In this document: positions 47,459-55,941 of the stretch, piece by piece
How the letters are laid out: each line of letters opens with the position of its first letter
Position numbering within the stretch: position 1 is the stretch's first letter
Origin: Thermoplasmata archaeon
Lineage (GTDB): Archaea > Thermoplasmatota > Thermoplasmata > Lutacidiplasmatales > UBA184
Direction: 5' to 3'
NCBI GenBank assembly: GCA_035272385.1
Contig: DATEQS010000045.1
Span: 31,111 to 95,110 of the forward strand
Length of the DNA stretch: 64,000 nucleotides
Notes under the pieces: model-generated
Databases searched by the model: none
Told to the model about the DNA's origin: nothing
Seen by the model: only the letters and a program-made list of their open reading frames with translations
Made by a program: the position numbers and the translations under genes

Positions 47459-48616
47459 TTAGGCTTTTCGAGAACGGCCCCGGCCGAGCCGTTCCTCGAG
47501 GAGCGTGGAGAGGAGACTCGCGGGCAGCTCGTCCATCGAGACGCTGTTCGATTCCCCCGAGGCGCCTCCCTCCAGGACCACGAGCCCGTCTCGCTCGAGC
47601 TCCTTCAGGGTCCGCCAGAACGTCGTGCGGCTCATCGGGGAGGTTCCGAGCTCCTCGAGCAGAGCGGTGTGATTCGCCCGAAGCTTCTGACTCGCCACCG
47701 ACGTCCCCCGACGTTTCAAGGTCCGCGAGAGCGCGAGAAGGACCCCCAATTGGTGGGTCGAGAGGGATTCCAACTGGCTCTCGTTCATCGTGGGGAGGAG
47801 CGAGCCCTTCGCCCGTCGCACGTGCTCGGCTCCGACCGTGTCGGCACCGGCTTCCTCCGCGGCGTGCGCCGCGCCCGAAAGGATCTCGAGCGCGAAGCGG
47901 GCGTCTCCGTTCGGAGCGGCGATCCGTGCGATCTGGTCGAGGATCTCGCGCTCGAAACTTCCCGACCGCAGGGCGAGCTCCGCGCGGGACTCGAGGATGT
48001 CGGTGAGAGCGGCCCGGTCGTAAGGAGCCAGCGACAATCGATGGGTCACACCGAAGCTCGAGCGGCTCGCCGGGTCGAGGTACGGGAAGAGGTCCTCGGC
48101 CGCGACCAGAACGAGGGAGATCGAGCCGAGTTCGACCTCGCGGGACCTCGATAACAGGTAGACCAGTTTCGTCTCCTGGCGAACGAGACTCGAGGCCTCG
48201 TCGAGCAGCACGAGGAGATGGGACGGATTCTTTCGGATCCCTTGCTCGAAGACATCGAGCATCTCCGAGAGCGAATACCCCCGATCGGGGAGGGAGACTT
48301 GGACGCTCCGCAGGAGGTCGAGCATCACCGTGCGGTCGCTAGCCCTACGCCAGCAATTGATGTAGGCGGCCTTGACCGGGAAACCGCCGAGCCGTCCTCC
48401 CCGCTCGAGGTCGGAAGCGAGCCGGCGGACGAGCGCGGTCTTTCCGCTGCCGATGCCCCCGGTCACGAGGAGATGGTAGGGAAGTCCTTTCGCCAGTCCT
48501 TCTCGGTAGCGGCGGCGAAGGAGTTCGAGTTCCGTATCGCGGCGCACGAGACGAGGCGGAAGGTACGACGGGTCGAGGGTCTCTTCCCGAACGAGAATGG
48601 GGGATACGCGGTTCAT
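47459..48616 (-). CDS. cdc6: Orc1/Cdc6 replication initiator
   Basis: ATG verified at 48616. LPPRLVRRDTELELL, Walker A TGGIGSGKT, Walker B LVLLDEA, C-terminal winged helix (TFWRTLKELERDGLV). Confidence 0.9.
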   Translation of the reverse strand: MNRVSPILVREETLDPSYLPPRLVRRDTELELLRRRYREGLAKGLPYHLLVTGGIGSGKTALVRRLASDLERGGRLGGFPVKAAYINCWRRASDRTVMLDLLRSVQVSLPDRGYSLSEMLDVFEQGIRKNPSHLLVLLDEASSLVRQETKLVYLLSRSREVELGSISLVLVAAEDLFPYLDPASRSSFGVTHRLSLAPYDRAALTDILESRAELALRSGSFEREILDQIARIAAPNGDARFALEILSGAAHAAEEAGADTVGAEHVRRAKGSLLPTMNESQLESLSTHQLGVLLALSRTLKRRGTSVASQKLRANHTALLEELGTSPMSRTTFWRTLKELERDGLVVLEGGASGESNSVSMDELPASLLSTLLEERLGRGRSRKA

Positions 48617-48647
48617 CGCTGAAGCGGGGGGACCGGAACCGACCTTA

Positions 48648-49280
48648 TCATCTTCGCCGTCGGCGAGTCCGCGTCCGTGCGCGCGGGTCGGGGAGGTCGA
48701 GCCTCTCAAGGGCCAGACGGGCCAACTCTCTCGGAGCGGCTCTCGCGTCCAAGACCACCCAGCCGTGCGACCGTGCCAAGGTTCGATAGGCACGGGCGAC
48801 CCGCTCCAAGGTTCGCAGCCGCTCGAGGGGCCCGCGCCGCGAACCGCGAGCGCCGAGGCGACGAAGCGCTTCGGAAGGTCGGAGGTCGAGGAGAATGACC
48901 CGGTCGGGAGTCCGCACCGCCGACCGCTGGAGTTGGGCGAGGCGTCGCCGATCCCCCGGGGGAAGCGCGCTTCCCTGATAGGCGAGCGTAGAGTAGAACG
49001 AACGGTCCTGAAGGACCACGTCGTGACGGCGGAGCGCTCGCTCCCGCTCGGGAGCCGCGAGGTGCCGGTCCACGGTGAAATACACTGCTCCCGTCCAGGG
49101 GTCCTCGGTCGCCGTGGATTGCGCGAGGGCCCCCAAACGCGGGTCGGACGGTTCCCGACGGAGGGCGACCGAGAGCCCACGCCGCCTCAGCGCGCGGGCC
49201 AACGCACGCAGCAACGTCGACTTCCCCCCGCCGTCGATTCCTTCGACGACGATGAACACGCCTCGGGAGTGGGGCGTCAT
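48648..49280 (-). CDS. tmk: thymidylate (dTMP) kinase, paralogue 2
   Basis: P-loop VEGIDGGGKST and DRSFYSTLAYQG, the same motif as paralogue 1. ATGA overlap with the tatD-like stop. Confidence 0.85.
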   Translation of the reverse strand: MTPHSRGVFIVVEGIDGGGKSTLLRALARALRRRGLSVALRREPSDPRLGALAQSTATEDPWTGAVYFTVDRHLAAPERERALRRHDVVLQDRSFYSTLAYQGSALPPGDRRRLAQLQRSAVRTPDRVILLDLRPSEALRRLGARGSRRGPLERLRTLERVARAYRTLARSHGWVVLDARAAPRELARLALERLDLPDPRARTRTRRRRR

Positions 49281-50149
49281 TCGGCCCCCTCGGCGCCGAC
49301 CTCAGGGCGCCAACCGTAGACCCGCTCGACGGACTCCACAAAAGGCACCCAGAGCAGGTCCGCGCCCCGCTGGGGATCCTCGGCGATCGCGGTGGCCCGG
49401 CGGGGCACCGTCGCGAGGTCGAGGACGGTGCCGGGGCGACGTAGGTCATCGAGGTAGTCGGTTTCGAGGAACCAGGGTCCGGGGTCCCTTACGACCTCTT
49501 GGACAAGCTCGCGCCGGGCAAGGTACGAAGGAACCGCTCCTCCCGAGGAACCCGGTACGACCCGCGTCCGGGCGTAATGCTTGACGACCCGGTCGGGACG
49601 CAATCCGACTTCGCGGGCTCGAGCCGCCAGCTCGACGAAGCCGTCCGCGCTCAGGTCGGGCGAGTGCACTACGACGGGACAATCGGAATCGCGGGCCACC
49701 TCGAGGGCATGTCGGAACGCCTCCTCCACGACCGAGGCGACCTCCTCGGAAACCGGGAAGTGGGGACGACCCACTTCTCCGAGTGCGACCGCCTTCTTTT
49801 CTCGCACCCAGCGGCCGGCCAGGTCGAGAGCGGAGCGGTGCAGTTCCAAGGCGGACCGGGGACCCAGCCGGGCTACGCCTTCCACGAGGTCGATCGGATA
49901 CGGCGCGAGAACCGGGTAGGCTCGGACACCGACCTCATCGTGCATTTTGCGCGCCATCTCCCACGTGGTCTCGAACTGTCGAGCGTAATCTTCGAGCGAG
50001 AGGGGGACGGTCCCTTCGTAGTTCTGGGTTGCCAGGAAGAGGTGGGTGCCGCCGGCCGCTCGGAACCGTTCGACCGCCCGGACCCCGTCCCCCCGAGGGG
50101 AAAGGTGGCAATGATGGTCGACGACGGGGAGACCGCGGGGCAGAGACAT
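49277..50149 (-). CDS. TatD-family metal-dependent hydrolase
   Basis: VVDHHCHL, ALGEVGRPHF, VVVHS and ETDYLDD metal-ligand pattern. Confidence 0.78.
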   Translation of the reverse strand: MSLPRGLPVVDHHCHLSPRGDGVRAVERFRAAGGTHLFLATQNYEGTVPLSLEDYARQFETTWEMARKMHDEVGVRAYPVLAPYPIDLVEGVARLGPRSALELHRSALDLAGRWVREKKAVALGEVGRPHFPVSEEVASVVEEAFRHALEVARDSDCPVVVHSPDLSADGFVELAARAREVGLRPDRVVKHYARTRVVPGSSGGAVPSYLARRELVQEVVRDPGPWFLETDYLDDLRRPGTVLDLATVPRRATAIAEDPQRGADLLWVPFVESVERVYGWRPEVGAEGAE

Positions 50150-50169
50150 CCCGGTGATCCGGGCGCGGC

Positions 50170-50718
50170 TTAGCGGAGGAGACCCGCGCCCTGGAGCTCC
50201 TTGGTGATCTTCTTGACGGCGACCTCGACGTCCGAGGGCTTACGGGCCCCCGTGCAGACGAGCTTCCCGCTGCCGAAGAGCAGAACCACGACCTTGGGCT
50301 CTTCGATCCGGCAGACGAGACCGGGAAACTGCTCGGGCTCGTACTCTACCCGGTCCAGCCCCAGGGTGACCGCGATCGCGTTCAGATTGATCTCGCTCTC
50401 GAGGTCCGAGCTCGCAACGATGTTCTGAACCTCGATCTTCGGATGCATGTTGATCTTCTGCCCGCCTTTCTTGATCTGCTGGGCGACGGTCTGGATCGAC
50501 TCCTCGACCTCGTGCATGCTCTTCGCGCCGGTGCAGACGACCTTCCCGGATCGGAAGAGAAGGATAGCGGTCTTGGGTTGCTTCAACCGATAGATCAAGC
50601 CGGGGAACTGTTCGGGCTCGTACTCGGCCCCGTCGAGCCCGAGGGCGATCGACTGGAGGTCAAGCTCGTCTCCGAGGGAGGTGGATGCCACGACGTTCTC
50701 GATGCGAATCCTAACCAA
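50170..50718 (-). CDS. tbp: TATA-box-binding protein
   Basis: Two direct repeats (IENVVAS...FPGLIYRL...LLFRSGKVVCTGAKS and VQNIVAS...FPGLVCRI...LLFGSGKLVCTGARK). The start codon is TTG (verified at 50716-50718). Confidence 0.95.
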   Translation of the reverse strand: MVRIRIENVVASTSLGDELDLQSIALGLDGAEYEPEQFPGLIYRLKQPKTAILLFRSGKVVCTGAKSMHEVEESIQTVAQQIKKGGQKINMHPKIEVQNIVASSDLESEINLNAIAVTLGLDRVEYEPEQFPGLVCRIEEPKVVVLLFGSGKLVCTGARKPSDVEVAVKKITKELQGAGLLR

Positions 50719-50738
50719 GGAAATCCCCGCGGCGGTGA

Positions 50739-50762
50739 GTATTTAAACCAGTATTTAAACCA
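50739..50762 (-). promoter_or_regulatory. tandem duplicated TATA element (2 x TGGTTTAAATAC) upstream of tbp
   Basis: Exact 12-nt direct repeat gtatttaaacca at 50739-50750 and 50751-50762. The proximal TTTAAATA is centred ~25 nt from the TTG start and the distal one ~37 nt. Confidence 0.5.
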
Positions 50763-50879
50763 ATGGTCATGGGAATCGCCGTCGTATCGAGGGAGAACCG
50801 ACCTTCGAGCCATCGCGTGGCGACGACCCGGTGAAAAGTCACCCGATTCGGTCCGGAAGCAGGAATCCGATGAGCACGG

Positions 50880-51524
50880 TTACGGGGGATCGGAGGGACG
50901 AGGAACGAAGATGGGACCGATGGCCTCGTCCTCGTTGGCGATCTCGAAGAACTGGCAGAGCACCCTTCTCGTGAAGCCCCAGAGCACGTGCCCCTCGAAC
51001 ACCGTGGCCGGCACCTCCGCGAGCCCGTGACTGGTCTCGCGGACGATCGGACGTGACGTCGCCAGCGCGGACCGCGGGATCCAGAAGACGTGCGCGACCT
51101 CCTCCGGGCTGCGGGGGGTCGGAGCCGGTCCGTCGGGCGCTAAGATGGCCGCAAACACCCCGACCTTGAGCCCAAAGCGAATGGCGAGCGCGGTGCTCAC
51201 AAAGCGGAGCTCGCCGACCACGTCTCCACGTCCGAGACCGACCTCCTCTTCAAGCTCCCGGAGCGCCGTGGACGCGAGGGAGCCGTCCCCGTCGGTCACG
51301 TGTCCTCCCGGGAAGGCGACCTGGCCCGAGGCGGGGTCCTCGGCCCGTTCCGCCCGTTCGATGAGCAGCGTCTCGACCTCGGTCTGACCCTGCCGCAGGA
51401 CGATCACGACGGCGGCGCCCGCCGTCGATACGGGGGGAGCGAGCGCGGGGAATCGACCGACCAGGTCGGACAGGCTTCTCGGCGCGGTCCCGGGGACGGC
51501 CTCTCCGGGCGCGGAGGAGCTCAT
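50880..51524 (-). CDS. NUDIX hydrolase (CoA pyrophosphatase-like)
   Basis: Nudix box GGHVTDGDGSLASTALRELEEEVGL. Confidence 0.85.
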   Translation of the reverse strand: MSSSAPGEAVPGTAPRSLSDLVGRFPALAPPVSTAGAAVVIVLRQGQTEVETLLIERAERAEDPASGQVAFPGGHVTDGDGSLASTALRELEEEVGLGRGDVVGELRFVSTALAIRFGLKVGVFAAILAPDGPAPTPRSPEEVAHVFWIPRSALATSRPIVRETSHGLAEVPATVFEGHVLWGFTRRVLCQFFEIANEDEAIGPIFVPRPSDPP

Positions 51525-51721
51525 GTCTGCCAGTCGTAGGAGACTTTCTTCTGTACGGTAGACGAATCGGCCGGGTGGAGTTCCCCGGCACCCAGCATCC
51601 GTTCGAGCGCGATCACGCGCGACCGTAGTTCCTTGAGCTCGTGCTCGACCTGGGACAGGCGGGCGACGAGGTCGGGGGTCTCGGGAGCCGCCATGGCTCC
51701 CGGATTCGGCCCGGGGGTCAT
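51521..51721 (-). CDS. small coiled-coil protein, hypothetical
   Basis: 66 aa with a heptad-like segment (LVARLSQVEHELKELRSRVIALERML). ATGA overlap with the Nudix start. Confidence 0.4.
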   Translation of the reverse strand: MTPGPNPGAMAAPETPDLVARLSQVEHELKELRSRVIALERMLGAGELHPADSSTVQKKVSYDWQT

Positions 51722-51752
51722 AAGCTCGCGGTTGTCGCGTTCTCCGGCCCTT

Positions 51753-52571
51753 TCACGAGGAGGGCGTGGTTCGCGACGATTCGACCGACTGCACGAACGA
51801 AGTGACCGCCTCGAGAAGCTCTTGCGGTCGCTCCACGGGTATGATGTGACCGGTCTCCGCCAAGATTCGGATCTTCGCGCCCAGGATCGATTGGCGCAGG
51901 ATCCGGCCGTGCGAGGCGTCGACCACGGCGTCGTCCATTGCCTGAACGATCAACGTGGGCCGTGCGACCGAGGCGATGCGATTGCGTTCGTCGAACGCAC
52001 CCATCGACTTGGCCCAGCGAACGGCGGGGGTGAAATCCTGATGCTTGACCTGCTCTCGCAGGGCATCGGCGAAGTCCAAGTTCGCCTCGATCCAATCGGG
52101 GTAATAGAGGTCCTTGAGGAGCCTAAGCGCAAAGCGGTCGGGTCCCTCCTTCGCGTAGGTCTCCGCCCATCTCTCCGCCACCGCCCGGGTGTGGTTGTCC
52201 GTATAGGCCGCCCCACTGATCATCGTCAAGCTTCGGACGCGCTCCGGTCGGTCGAGGGTGGTGCGGAGCGCGAGCAGCGCGCCCCCGCTCAGGCCGACCA
52301 AGTGAGCGGAGGATACACCTTGGTCATCCAGGAGACGGACTAAGTCTCCCATCATCTCGGCGAACGTGAAGTGAGAGGCGGAGGGCGCGGGGGTCCGTCC
52401 ATGACCCCGGAGGTCTGGCGCCAAGACCAGAAACTGCTTCGCGAGGCCGGGAATGACCTCGTTCCAAACGGTGTGGTTGCCGCCGACCCCGTGGAGCAGT
52501 ACGACCGCCGGGCCGCTGCCTTCCGTACGGCACTTGAGTTCCGTCGGCGGACCGGCGGCTTCCTCAGGCAT
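51753..52571 (-). CDS. alpha/beta hydrolase
   Basis: VVLLHGVGGNH, nucleophile elbow GLSGGA, C-terminal GHIIPVERP. Confidence 0.85.
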   Translation of the reverse strand: MPEEAAGPPTELKCRTEGSGPAVVLLHGVGGNHTVWNEVIPGLAKQFLVLAPDLRGHGRTPAPSASHFTFAEMMGDLVRLLDDQGVSSAHLVGLSGGALLALRTTLDRPERVRSLTMISGAAYTDNHTRAVAERWAETYAKEGPDRFALRLLKDLYYPDWIEANLDFADALREQVKHQDFTPAVRWAKSMGAFDERNRIASVARPTLIVQAMDDAVVDASHGRILRQSILGAKIRILAETGHIIPVERPQELLEAVTSFVQSVESSRTTPSS

Positions 52572-52635
52572 CGGAGAATGGACCCGGGCGCGCTATTTAC
52601 CGCTCGCGGAGGAGCCAAAAGCGCGAGCGCACGGC

Positions 52636-52642
52636 TAAATAT
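52636..52642 (+). promoter_or_regulatory. TATA-like element TAAATAT upstream of the thiI-like gene
   Basis: Centred ~26 nt upstream of the ATG at 52665, implying a leaderless or near-leaderless mRNA. Confidence 0.3.
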
Positions 52643-52664
52643 CGCGCCCGAGTAGAAGGGTTCT

Positions 52665-53291
52665 ATGGCGCGCGGAGTGATGTTGATGAGCGGGGGGATC
52701 GATTCCCCGGTCGCCCTCCACTACCTCCTGCGCCAGGGCCACGAGATGGTCACGGTCCACATGGACAATCGGCCATTCACCGACGATTCCCCGCTCGCGA
52801 AGGTGGTCGACCATCTCACGGTGTTGAGGGAACGGTACCATCAACCGATCCCCATGTACCTACTGCCGCACGGTCCAACGCAGATCACTCTGATGCGCTC
52901 GACCGACCGCCACGTCGGATGCGTTCTCTGTCGCCGATTCATGTGGCGCTCGGCGGAGAAGATCGCCGCTCGAGAAGGGGCGACGTTCCTGGCGACCGGG
53001 GAGGCGCTGGGCCAAGTCGCCTCCCAGACTCTGTCGAACATGCGGACCGCGACCGCGGCGGTGGGCCTTCCGATCGTACGCCCGCTCATCGGTTTCGACA
53101 AGCACGAGATCGAATCCGTGGCGAAATCGATCGGGACGTACGAGATTTCGACCCGTCCGGGAGTGTGCTGTCAGGCCGTGCCGGACCGACCCGCGACCCG
53201 TTCGAGTCTCGTTCAGATCCTCCAAGAAGAGGAACGGGTCGACGTGGACCAGATGATCGACGATTGCGTCCGGAAAGCGGTCATTCTCTAG
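52665..53291 (+). CDS. ThiI-like PP-loop ATPase lacking the THUMP domain (tRNA sulfurtransferase family)
   Basis: PP-loop MSGGIDSP at residues 8-15, CVLCRR (CxxC), GEALGQVASQT, GFDKHEI, CCQ. Only 208 aa. Confidence 0.78.
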   Translation: MARGVMLMSGGIDSPVALHYLLRQGHEMVTVHMDNRPFTDDSPLAKVVDHLTVLRERYHQPIPMYLLPHGPTQITLMRSTDRHVGCVLCRRFMWRSAEKIAAREGATFLATGEALGQVASQTLSNMRTATAAVGLPIVRPLIGFDKHEIESVAKSIGTYEISTRPGVCCQAVPDRPATRSSLVQILQEEERVDVDQMIDDCVRKAVIL

Positions 53292-53360
53292 GGCCACCCA
53301 CGGTCGCGCTTCCCCGTGAGGGCGCGTGTCCAAATCGTTTGATATACTCTGTTTCCCGGT

Positions 53361-53912
53361 GTGGATGGGATGAGCTCCCCCTCGTACGTTCCGATGTTTC
53401 CGAGCACGGCCTACTGGCTATCGGTGATCGGGGGGATCTTCATCGTGTTGGACGGCTTCGTGGCGATCGCGGAGGCGATCGCGCTCCGTTCCTTGGTCGA
53501 GAGCATTGTCCCGGGAGCCTCGGGGATTCTGATCGGATTGGGGGCCCTCGCCGTCCTCGTTGGTCTCATCATCGTCTTCCTCGGGCTTCGCATCAAGAGC
53601 AACCCGGCGTCGGCCCGGACGTCGGGGATCGCGATCATTCTGCTTTCGTTGGTCAGTTTCCTCGGTGGTGGCGGTTTCTTCATCGGTCTCATCCTCGGGT
53701 TGATCGGGGGGATCCTGGCGGTCACTTGGAACCCACCGATGGCCACCCCGCCTATGTACGGACATCCGAGATCTGGCGGTTCTCCTCCGTGGATGACTCC
53801 CACATCTCCTCCTCTGCAGCCGGGGGCTCCCCAACGATTCTGTTCCTCGTGCGGCTCGCCCAATGTCGCGAGTGCGCAGTTCTGCGCGAAATGCGGCGCC
53901 CCGATGGCGTAG
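53361..53912 (+). CDS. membrane protein with C-terminal zinc ribbon
   Basis: Four hydrophobic helices, a Pro-rich linker, then CSSCGSPNVASAQFCAKCG. The start may be the ATG at 53370. Confidence 0.62.
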   Translation: MDGMSSPSYVPMFPSTAYWLSVIGGIFIVLDGFVAIAEAIALRSLVESIVPGASGILIGLGALAVLVGLIIVFLGLRIKSNPASARTSGIAIILLSLVSFLGGGGFFIGLILGLIGGILAVTWNPPMATPPMYGHPRSGGSPPWMTPTSPPLQPGAPQRFCSSCGSPNVASAQFCAKCGAPMA

Positions 53913-53991
53913 ATTCGAACCGGCGTTTCGACTCCCTCGTCGAAGGGTTTCTCTCCCATAACGAGGCCTCCGCGAAGGGCTATCTGGGCGG

Positions 53992-54315
53992 ATGACACAG
54001 AGTTCGCAGCCCATGTACCGGCGGCTCAGGCTCTGCTCGAACAACGGTGGGTACGAAGCGATTCCCGAACCGCCAAATCCGCTGGACCTCCCTCGGGTGA
54101 GAGCGACGCTGGAAAGAGAAGGCATCCCGGTCGTGGATGCCCGCGTCCTGCTGATTGTTTCCCTCGACCCCGAGGTCACGATCAGCCGCGCCGGTCGTCT
54201 ACTGTTCAAGACGCGGGACGCACGGGCGGCGGAGCTCGCGTTCGAACGCCTGCGGACGCTCCTTCGACTTCCGGAGGTGGAAAACGAGCGGGGCGCGGAG
54301 GGCGCGGGCGGTTAG
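53992..54315 (+). CDS. hypothetical protein
   Basis: 107-aa ORF with coding-like composition. No family assigned. Confidence 0.45.
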   Translation: MTQSSQPMYRRLRLCSNNGGYEAIPEPPNPLDLPRVRATLEREGIPVVDARVLLIVSLDPEVTISRAGRLLFKTRDARAAELAFERLRTLLRLPEVENERGAEGAGG

Positions 54316-54354
54316 GTTAAGCCCACTCTCGTACTGACACGGCCGGAGGAGCGC

Positions 54355-55509
54355 GTGCGCGAGACGTGGGTCGTTGGAGCGGCGGCGAACCGCTTCGGCA
54401 AGATGAAGGAAACCTCCCGAGAGGCGGCGACCCGGGTCTCGATGGAAGCGATCCGTCAATCCGGACTCGAGCCGAAGGACATCGGCTATACCTTCGCCGC
54501 GAACTGCTTTGGGATCTCGGAACACCAGGGGCACTTGGGCCCCCTCATCAACAACGGACTCGGCATCCCCCACGTTCCGTCGGTCACGGTGGAGTCGGCT
54601 TGTTCCTCCTCGAGTGCGGCCCTTCACGAGGCGTTCGTCCACGTCGCGGGCGGATTCACGGACGCGGCGCTCGTCGTCGGGGTCGAGAAGCTCTCCCACC
54701 TCGACACGCTCACGGCGACCAGTTACTTCGCCATCGCGGCCGATTATCCGTTCGAGACCAAGAACGGGGCCACTTTCCCCGGCCTCTACGCCACGCTCGC
54801 GAGCGCCTACTGTCAAGCGTTCCCCACCCGGCCCGAGATGTTCGGAGCCGTGGCGATCAAGAACCACGCGAACGCGGCGCGGAACCCCCACGCGCATTTC
54901 CAGAAGGAGATCTCCATGGAGACCTACCTCGCCTCCCCCATCATCGCCTCGCCGCTCCGCCTCTACGATTGCTGCCCGTTCTCGGACGGGGCGGCCGCGG
55001 TCGTCGTCGCGGCGAAGGAGATCATGAAGTCCCCCGTTACAGAACCGCTCGTGGTCCGAGCCTCGGCGCGCGCCGGCTCGGTCACCGACATGCAGGACCG
55101 CCCCGACCTCCTCGGCCTGCCGGCGACGCGCTTCGCGGCCGAGAAGGCGTTCCGCCACGCGCACCTGGAACCCAAGGACATCGATTTCCTCGAGGTCCAC
55201 GATTGCTTCACGATCGCCGAGGTGCTCGCGCTCGAGGACCTCGGGTTCTTCCCGAAGGGGACCGGTGCGAAGGAGGAGTTCGAGGGAGTTACGGCCCGGG
55301 ACGGGAAGCTCCCCGTCAACACCTCGGGGGGTCTCAAGGCCAAGGGACACCCCGTCAGCGCCACGGGCGCGAGCCAGGTCGTCGAGATCTTCGAGCAGTT
55401 CAACGGTCTCGCGAAGGGCCGTGAGGTTCCGCGGACGCAGACCGCCCTCGCTCACAACGTCGGAGCGACCGGCGGTTCGTGTTCCGTGCATATCTTTTCC
55501 CGAAGGTAA
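54355..55509 (+). CDS. thiolase-domain protein (archaeal acetyl-CoA C-acetyltransferase type)
   Basis: Active-site Cys context VESACSSSSAAL, plus EVHDCFTIAE and GGLKAKGHPVSATG. GTG at 54355 preceded by GGAGGA. Confidence 0.9.
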   Translation: MRETWVVGAAANRFGKMKETSREAATRVSMEAIRQSGLEPKDIGYTFAANCFGISEHQGHLGPLINNGLGIPHVPSVTVESACSSSSAALHEAFVHVAGGFTDAALVVGVEKLSHLDTLTATSYFAIAADYPFETKNGATFPGLYATLASAYCQAFPTRPEMFGAVAIKNHANAARNPHAHFQKEISMETYLASPIIASPLRLYDCCPFSDGAAAVVVAAKEIMKSPVTEPLVVRASARAGSVTDMQDRPDLLGLPATRFAAEKAFRHAHLEPKDIDFLEVHDCFTIAEVLALEDLGFFPKGTGAKEEFEGVTARDGKLPVNTSGGLKAKGHPVSATGASQVVEIFEQFNGLAKGREVPRTQTALAHNVGATGGSCSVHIFSRR

Positions 55510-55567
55510 GGGGGGGTCGAACGCGTCCGATTCCCTGCCGTCCGCCTCCCACACGATCGACGACTTC

Positions 55568-55933
55568 GTGAAGGGCTACGAGGAAGGCGGGAAGCTCCGA
55601 GGGTTCCGCTGCACCGACTGTGGGCTCGTGACCGCGACCTGGGGGCTCGCGTGCTCCCGATGCGGTCACCGCGACCTCGAAGAGAGGGAGTTGACCCCGA
55701 AGGGGAAGGTCGTCGCCTTCACCATCCTCACGGTCCCGAGTGAGGACTTCCTGAACGACGCGCCGTACGCTTACGTCGTCGTCGAGCTCGACGGGGGCGG
55801 TCGCATCACCGGCTGGATGCCGACCGTGCGGGCCGAGAATCAGATTGCGATCGGCGACCGAGTCCATTACGTGACGGGCTACAAGCCCGGGGTCCAATTC
55901 GTGAAGGACTCCGAAGTCACGGGACCCCCTTAG
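55568..55933 (+). CDS. DUF35 OB-fold / zinc-ribbon protein (thiolase partner)
   Basis: CTDCGLVTATWGLACSRCG zinc ribbon followed by an OB-fold-like segment (GKVVAFTILTV...VVVELDGGGRITG). There is no in-frame ATG after the thiolase stop. GTG at 55568 chosen. A CTG at 55535 is possible. Confidence 0.72.
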   Translation: MKGYEEGGKLRGFRCTDCGLVTATWGLACSRCGHRDLEERELTPKGKVVAFTILTVPSEDFLNDAPYAYVVVELDGGGRITGWMPTVRAENQIAIGDRVHYVTGYKPGVQFVKDSEVTGPP

Positions 55934-55941
55934 GAGGGGCG

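Noticed and set aside
47436-48650. Replication origin (ORB repeats, AT-rich unwinding element) next to orc1/cdc6
   Set aside because: The flanking intergenic gaps are only 23 and 31 nt and are GC-rich. I found no ORB-like (TTCCAGTGGAAAC-type) repeats by eye in or near the operon.
55507-55516. G7 homopolymer right after the thiolase stop as a frameshift or fusion site joining thiolase and DUF35
   Set aside because: The TAA stop (55507-55509) lies before the G run, so slippage in the run cannot bypass it. Separate thiolase and DUF35 polypeptides are the normal archaeal arrangement.
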